The translations under genes were made by a program, and so were the position numbers. Shown here in pieces: positions 59,590 through 64,000 of a stretch of 64,000 nucleotides of DNA. The stretch comes from an uncultured virus (IMG/VR IMGVR_UViG_3300021255_004486) (Duplodnaviria > Heunggongvirae > Uroviricota > Caudoviricetes), in the IMG/VR virus record IMGVR_UViG_3300021255_004486; one strand, 5' to 3'. The number at the start of each line of letters is the position of its first letter. The stretch's first letter is position 1. The notes beneath the pieces were generated by a model. That model was given only the letters and a program-made list of their open reading frames with translations, did not search any database and had not been told where the DNA came from.

Positions 59590-60161
59590 ACTATATTTAT
59601 ACCAAACATCCGTATATCCGGGGTAGTAGAGTAATATCAGCACGATAATATGCGCATACATTCACAGCCGATCGTATGGAATATCATATACGAAATTTAC
59701 CCCGACCGGCGGAAGATACTTTTCAGCTTTTGATGTAAAATACATACCACATATCGGCAGATTGCATACCGTGTTTTTATGCCGAACGATTATTCATAAT
59801 ATCTCGATTGTAACCCTGGTTTATATCATCAAAATATGCCCGATTTTCGATTCAAAATTTGGGTTATCGGCAATCTCGTAATGAGTTATGACTCTGCCGA
59901 TTCTTTTTCCCCATCATACCCTCTACTCCATTTACACCATTCGATAAACAATATCACATCTACCCACCCGATTGATTATCCGGTTTCCCCATTCGAAATA
60001 TCCTTATCCGTTTCCCCATACCATCCAGATACCCATTGTCATCATCCGTCACAATATCATCTCCATACTCCCCATCCGTTCATTTTCTCCATGCACCATC
60101 CATGGTCTCCGCTTACGTCTCCATATCCTCGCATTCCTCGTCCCCAAAATCGCATAATCGA

Positions 60162-60272
60162 ACGTTGTCAATGTAGAAGCCACCATATAAACGTTGTCAA
60201 TATAGTTGCCACGCCAAAAACGTTGTCATCGTAGATGCCACATGCCTTATACGTTGTCAATGTAGAAGCCAC
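60162..60272. repeat. Phased array 2 (29-31 bp period)
   Basis: ACGTTGTCA-N8-GCCAC at 60162, 60191, 60220, 60251. Confidence 0.85.
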
Positions 60273-60336
60273 CATATATTATGCCTACGTTCAATGCCAT
60301 AGCCACGTCTTTACACCTAACATTCAATGCCACGAT

Positions 60337-60770
60337 AAGCAAACCGTTATTAACAGACAGAGAATACATAGTGAGCGAAGCGAGTGTATTGCGCCCCTTT
60401 AGCGAGAAGCGCTTTGCGCAGCGAGCTTGGCGCAACGAGTGAAGCGACCGCCCCTTATATAGCGGCACTATGTATTCGATGGATGATAATAGGTGAAGCG
60501 TACTATCGGGAAATGATAGACAATAATATAGATGCCACCATGCACGACATTTACATTCAATGCCACTCGTATGTATCCGACATCCGATGACAAGGCAAGC
60601 AAACCGTTATTAACAGACACGAAAATACGGAGTAAGCAAGTGAGCGCATAACGGCTTATCCGTTGCGAACGAGCGACCGCTTCTAAGCCCGGGCGGTACT
60701 CCGTATTTGAGTGGATGATAATAGGTGAAGCGTTCCCCGGGGAAACAGTAAACAATAAAATACACCCGCA
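60337..60770 (+). other. Duplicated covarying stem-loop element (candidate single-strand origin, ssDNA promoter or ncRNA)
   Basis: Two copies 260 bp apart share 23-nt and 22-nt identical blocks and flank perfect 12-bp stems with compensatory changes. Confidence 0.6.
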
Positions 60771-60815
60771 TCAAATCGGGTGTACGTGTAAATGTCATAT
60801 ATTGCATCAATGGGG

Positions 60816-61277
60816 TTAACCGCGTTGCTCTTCGAATGTAGCGAAGTACGGTTTCTTCCTGTACTCATCCATCTCACTTCTAAATCTTTCTTCAATAGGT
60901 AGAGAGGATATAGCCTTATCGTACTTCTTTGCCCTGCTCTTATCCATGCTCTTCTGTAACTCGTATGATGCACTGTCCGTATCAAACAGATTAAACAAGA
61001 CTCCTTTAACCACTTTCTTAACTACGATATGAATTATAACAGCAAGGATCACACAAAAAGCTATAAATAGAAGAGTAGTGCTCGCATGATACTTAAACAA
61101 CAGCGGAATGTTATGGATGTTAAAATCCGTTATGTCAAAGTTTTTGTAGTAAGCAAAGGCAAGTCCCACGAACGGGCTTACTATTATAAGCAACCTTGTC
61201 GCTACCCCAAGGATAAACCCGATCACATCCTTTATAAACCCTATGCCTTTGACTATTCCGTATAGTGCTTTCTTCAT
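60816..61277 (-). CDS. Membrane protein (2 TM)
   Basis: AAGGAG RBS; two hydrophobic helices. Confidence 0.7.
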   Translation of the reverse strand: MKKALYGIVKGIGFIKDVIGFILGVATRLLIIVSPFVGLAFAYYKNFDITDFNIHNIPLLFKYHASTTLLFIAFCVILAVIIHIVVKKVVKGVLFNLFDTDSASYELQKSMDKSRAKKYDKAISSLPIEERFRSEMDEYRKKPYFATFEEQRG

Positions 61278-61287
61278 ATATACTCCT

Positions 61288-61488
61288 TTACCCTGCCACC
61301 TTTAAGCGTGGCTCTATAAGTGTACCACATTTATCGCATCTTTTGGTTGCCTTGGATACTATATCCTTTGTAGACAGTCCATAATCATCTGTTACCGCAA
61401 GGAGATTATCATCGCTATCTATGAGCCACTCCTGGGGAACGTTTACTGATACTATGAAGGTATCGTTATTACATAAAGGACAATGCAT
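61288..61488 (-). CDS. Small zinc-ribbon protein
   Basis: CPLC..CDKC; AAGGAG RBS; behind a bipartite motif. Confidence 0.65.
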   Translation of the reverse strand: MHCPLCNNDTFIVSVNVPQEWLIDSDDNLLAVTDDYGLSTKDIVSKATKRCDKCGTLIEPRLKVAG

Positions 61489-61530
61489 GTGTTTTACTCC
61501 TTATATGGGTTTGGGTTTACTTGTATCTCT

Positions 61531-61577
61531 AATATAAGTATGTAAGATACGTGATTTTAGGTGGATTTCTGTACACG
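61531..61577 (-). promoter_or_regulatory. Bipartite motif copy (CGTGTACAGA-N25-CATACTT)
   Basis: Minus strand reads cgtgtacagaaatccacctaaaatcacgtatcttacatacttatatt. Confidence 0.8.
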
Positions 61578-61654
61578 CATTTTTAAGGCTGAAAGACCTG
61601 GCCCGCGCCCGAGTTCATATTCCCTGCCACCACGTTTACACATAGCGCTCGTTC

Positions 61655-61986
61655 GTGCGTAGATTATTTTAAGCAACAGAAGAGCACTGTCGAGTTGTAA
61701 GCCGTAGGCAACCCGGACAACGAGACAAGCCACCCCTAATCTAAGTGGCGCGTGCTCGATGTTGTGAGAAATAAGCAGCACATACAGTAAACGACATTGA
61801 AAGTATCTGGATAACCAGGTAACCATAGGTTCTTACCTACATTCCACCAAAGACTACATTGTGCGTAGCTTACTTTCGTCGAGATAAGAGCATCTGTTTG
61901 GCGTGATCAGCCAAATCTGTGCTCAAATCGAGTAAGAAATAAGCAGCACCCCATTCGCGTATCATACGTCGTCATCGCAGATGACC
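61655..61986 (+). other. Highly structured non-coding element with two related long hairpins (candidate ncRNA or ssDNA signal)
   Basis: Units 61655-61781 and 61861-61949 both read GTGCGTAG..GAGCA[variable]TGCTC..AGAAATAAGCAGCAC. Confidence 0.55.
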
Positions 61987-61994
61987 CAATAATA

Positions 61995-62022
61995 AAAGCC
62001 CCGCCTAAAAGACGGAGCTCTT
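61995..62022 (-). terminator. Rho-independent terminator
   Basis: Minus strand GAGCTCCGTC/GGCGGGGCTT stem followed by Ts after 62033. Confidence 0.7.
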
Positions 62023-62032
62023 ACTGACACAT

Positions 62033-62503
62033 TTATGCTTCCGATTTATTGAGTAATCTTCCACAGAAAGGACAATACTTGATCTTAACATCAGCCGAGA
62101 CGATATTGGTTACTTCTGATTCCCAATAATAGCCACGATCAAGCTGTACACTCAAGTTACCCTCATCTGTTACAAAGAGTTCCAATGTACGCATTCCCAT
62201 TACACCACAATCAACAGGAAAGAAGTGCACCATCCATGCATTATCCTTATCCTCGTCCATAGCATCGGGATCACAGTATGGACACCCCTCGCCATCATAG
62301 AAGAATCTTACATCCTCACAGTCGATCTCAAGAACCCGGATCAAAGCCGCGAGTTCTTCGCTTGTAAACTTCCCGACACCGGTAAATGCATTTTCTATCA
62401 TCCCTGCATCAATTCCGGTCTTTGCGGATAAACTCCGGCTGTCCCACCCTTTTTCATTTGCATACTTGATAATAAGTTCAAGTAGCTTCTTGTACTTTAC
62501 CAT
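62033..62503 (-). CDS. XRE-like HTH protein with C-terminal zinc-binding domain
   Basis: KGWDSRSLSAKTGI..ELAALIRVLEI; CPYC and IKYCPFCGR. Confidence 0.6.
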   Translation of the reverse strand: MVKYKKLLELIIKYANEKGWDSRSLSAKTGIDAGMIENAFTGVGKFTSEELAALIRVLEIDCEDVRFFYDGEGCPYCDPDAMDEDKDNAWMVHFFPVDCGVMGMRTLELFVTDEGNLSVQLDRGYYWESEVTNIVSADVKIKYCPFCGRLLNKSEA

Positions 62504-62513
62504 ACTCTACTCC

Positions 62514-62795
62514 TTACCATTTAGTATGAACGGCTATACCATATTCCTCTGAGTTAAGCGCGATCTTGTTGCCCGCCTCAAGTGTTATATAATAGTCAAC
62601 CATTCTGACTCCGCCTATCTCGCAAACAACCTTTTCCACATTTGCGACCGGATACATCTGGCCACCGAGCAGTATCGGATCATCATAGTCGTCATTAAGG
62701 ACATCATTTGCCCGGTAGACATTTCCGTTACGATCGATATACCCGCCCATGTGTAGAGCTGTATCTGCAAGTAGCCCCGGTTCAAATACCAACAT
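62514..62795 (-). CDS. Hypothetical protein
   Basis: GAGGAGG RBS, 93 aa. Confidence 0.6.
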   Translation of the reverse strand: MLVFEPGLLADTALHMGGYIDRNGNVYRANDVLNDDYDDPILLGGQMYPVANVEKVVCEIGGVRMVDYYITLEAGNKIALNSEEYGIAVHTKW

Positions 62796-62825
62796 ATCTA
62801 TGCCTCCTCTCCACCGCGATAGTTC

Positions 62826-63002
62826 TTAGAGTATGTCTTTATATGTTTTACTCGTTTCGATCGCATCAAGTCGCTTACGCATTTCCTTGAGCTCATCAAG
62901 GGACTGTGTATCAAGATCAAGAATTTCTACTTCAACATTCTTGTTTCTCGTGTAAACGCCTGTTACCATACCGTCTTCAATAACTACAATCACTTTCGTC
63001 AT
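62826..63002 (-). CDS. Small hypothetical protein (58 aa, below the ORF-track cutoff)
   Basis: MTKVIVVIEDGMVTGVYTRNKNVEVEILDLD...; AAGGAG RBS; behind a bipartite motif. Confidence 0.65.
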   Translation of the reverse strand: MTKVIVVIEDGMVTGVYTRNKNVEVEILDLDTQSLDELKEMRKRLDAIETSKTYKDIL

Positions 63003-63036
63003 GTTTATTTCTCCTTATAGAAATTGGTTTCCCTTT

Positions 63037-63083
63037 AATATAAGTATGTAAGATTTTTGTTTTTGACCGACTTTCTGTACACG
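63037..63083 (-). promoter_or_regulatory. Bipartite motif copy (CGTGTACAGA-N25-CATACTT)
   Basis: Minus strand reads cgtgtacagaaagtcggtcaaaaacaaaaatcttacatacttatatt. Confidence 0.8.
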
Positions 63084-63270
63084 CATTTTTATGTATTTTC
63101 AAGACTCACTCTCCACGTTTAGTAAATAATATATACCTTCGTTTTTTGAGTACGGGCTCCGAGTGCAGAGGCACATAAATCGCTCATTTTTGCATATCTT
63201 TTGTCATTTTTAATCTCCCACATTTAACTTAAGATGCTATACACACTTATTTATAAATGGAGGTATTAGT

Positions 63271-64000
63271 ATGAATACTACAATTACTATCGACAGAGCC
63301 TATACGGTACTCGTATTTTTGGTCGGATTCCTTATCGCGTCTACTCTGATGCTGATACGGATTGCAATCAGCAAACCAAAGGAAGTGATCAAGCACGATG
63401 ACGACAACGATGACACGGAATTCACCAGAGAGGCCGTCAAAGAGACCAACATTAAGAAGATACAGGGAAGAATAAGAACAACCGATGTGACCGGGCTATC
63501 TAAGTGGGAGAGAAGACGTGCTTTCTACGGATACAATGACCACTACTGCGAATTTAAGGCCGTTCAATGTATGGACTTTGAGACCAGGAACAGTATCCTC
63601 GCATCCATTCTGAGTGCATCTACACGATTTGAGGATTTGATCAAAAAGCCTTCCGATACAGAAGTAGATGATGAACACAACTATTACCAGGACGTAGTAG
63701 ATATAGCAGAAGCAATAGTACCTCCTGGAGAAAAAGCTATACTTACCTCTGCTGCAAAGAGACTTATCGAGGCTTGTATTGTGTATATAGACCTCACATG
63801 TAACAAAGATTACGATAAGAGACTCGACAATGTGCTTGATATGCTTATGTTGACAAAGGTTGATGAGGATGATCGTTCTGCATTTACTCCGCTCGATCTG
63901 TTATTTGACGCATTCGAGAAGGATTACCCCAAGAATCTTGCGGTACTACTGTATAACGAGTATAGACTCTTACATCCCATAGATAGAAGCGCAGCGGCAT
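63271..64000 (+). CDS. Membrane-anchored protein containing a VirD4 all-alpha-domain homologue; runs off the window
   Basis: GGAGG RBS, open frame to the window end (243 codons), N-terminal TM, segment NVLDMLMLTKVDEDDRSAFTPLDLLFDAFEKDYPKNLAV similar to VirD4. Confidence 0.7.
   Translation, partial: MNTTITIDRAYTVLVFLVGFLIASTLMLIRIAISKPKEVIKHDDDNDDTEFTREAVKETNIKKIQGRIRTTDVTGLSKWERRRAFYGYNDHYCEFKAVQCMDFETRNSILASILSASTRFEDLIKKPSDTEVDDEHNYYQDVVDIAEAIVPPGEKAILTSAAKRLIEACIVYIDLTCNKDYDKRLDNVLDMLMLTKVDEDDRSAFTPLDLLFDAFEKDYPKNLAVLLYNEYRLLHPIDRSAAA

Noticed and set aside
59445..60272. CRISPR array
   Set aside because: Units are 19-22 bp and degenerate, with gaps of only about 5-20 bp; no cas genes in the window.
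59441..60985. ORFs of 61-132 aa called across the repeat and hairpin zone
   Set aside because: No RBS, compositions dictated by the repeats or C-skew (H/P/S-rich), and overlapping in several frames.
61865..61905. Hammerhead ribozyme on the minus strand (CTGATCA ... GACGAAAGTA)
   Set aside because: Core reads CUGAUCA rather than CUGANGA, stem II cannot be formed, and wobble pairs favour the + strand.
1..64000. Prophage interpretation
   Set aside because: Despite Sak, SSB, DnaE and NrdD, no terminase, capsid, tail or lysis genes are visible. Rep_3, par and T4SS point to a plasmid, although a phage-plasmid cannot be excluded from this window alone.

Overview
64 kb of a large, low-copy conjugative plasmid or chromid-like element. 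It is most plausibly from a Clostridia/Lachnospiraceae-type host, inferred from the gene families and GGAGG RBSs. No rRNA, tRNA, CRISPR array or phage structural genes were seen. Modules: (1) own replication, recombination and dNTP genes: a DnaE split into PHP and polymerase genes, DnaQ-like exonuclease, two SSB-type proteins, Sak/Rad52-like annealase, nrdDG, topB, recJ; (2) a Gram-positive T4SS (VirD4, pilin-like, VirB6-like, PrgI, VirB4, large C39-like peptidase), with a distant lipoprotein-CpaF/VirB11-MOBV relaxase block; (3) Rep_3 initiator with iterons and a type Ib ParA/RHH partition cassette; (4) accessory genes: AAA-vWA pair, HD-GYP, nucleotidyltransferase pair, PcfJ, Xer-like recombinase, two EcoRI-family MTases plus DUF262-HNH, and a degenerate GGDEF/HipA-like/HEPN-CBS operon. 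The strongest unexplained signals are: an element-wide bipartite promoter motif (CGTGTACAGA-N25-CATACTT, six copies with identical spacing); a 2.6 kb largely non-coding zone after the relaxase with phased palindromic arrays and two families of duplicated hairpins, one with clear covariation; and a membrane-anchored ORF at the right edge carrying a copy of the VirD4 all-alpha domain without the Walker A that precedes it in VirD4. All calls are by eye from motifs; no database searches were run.
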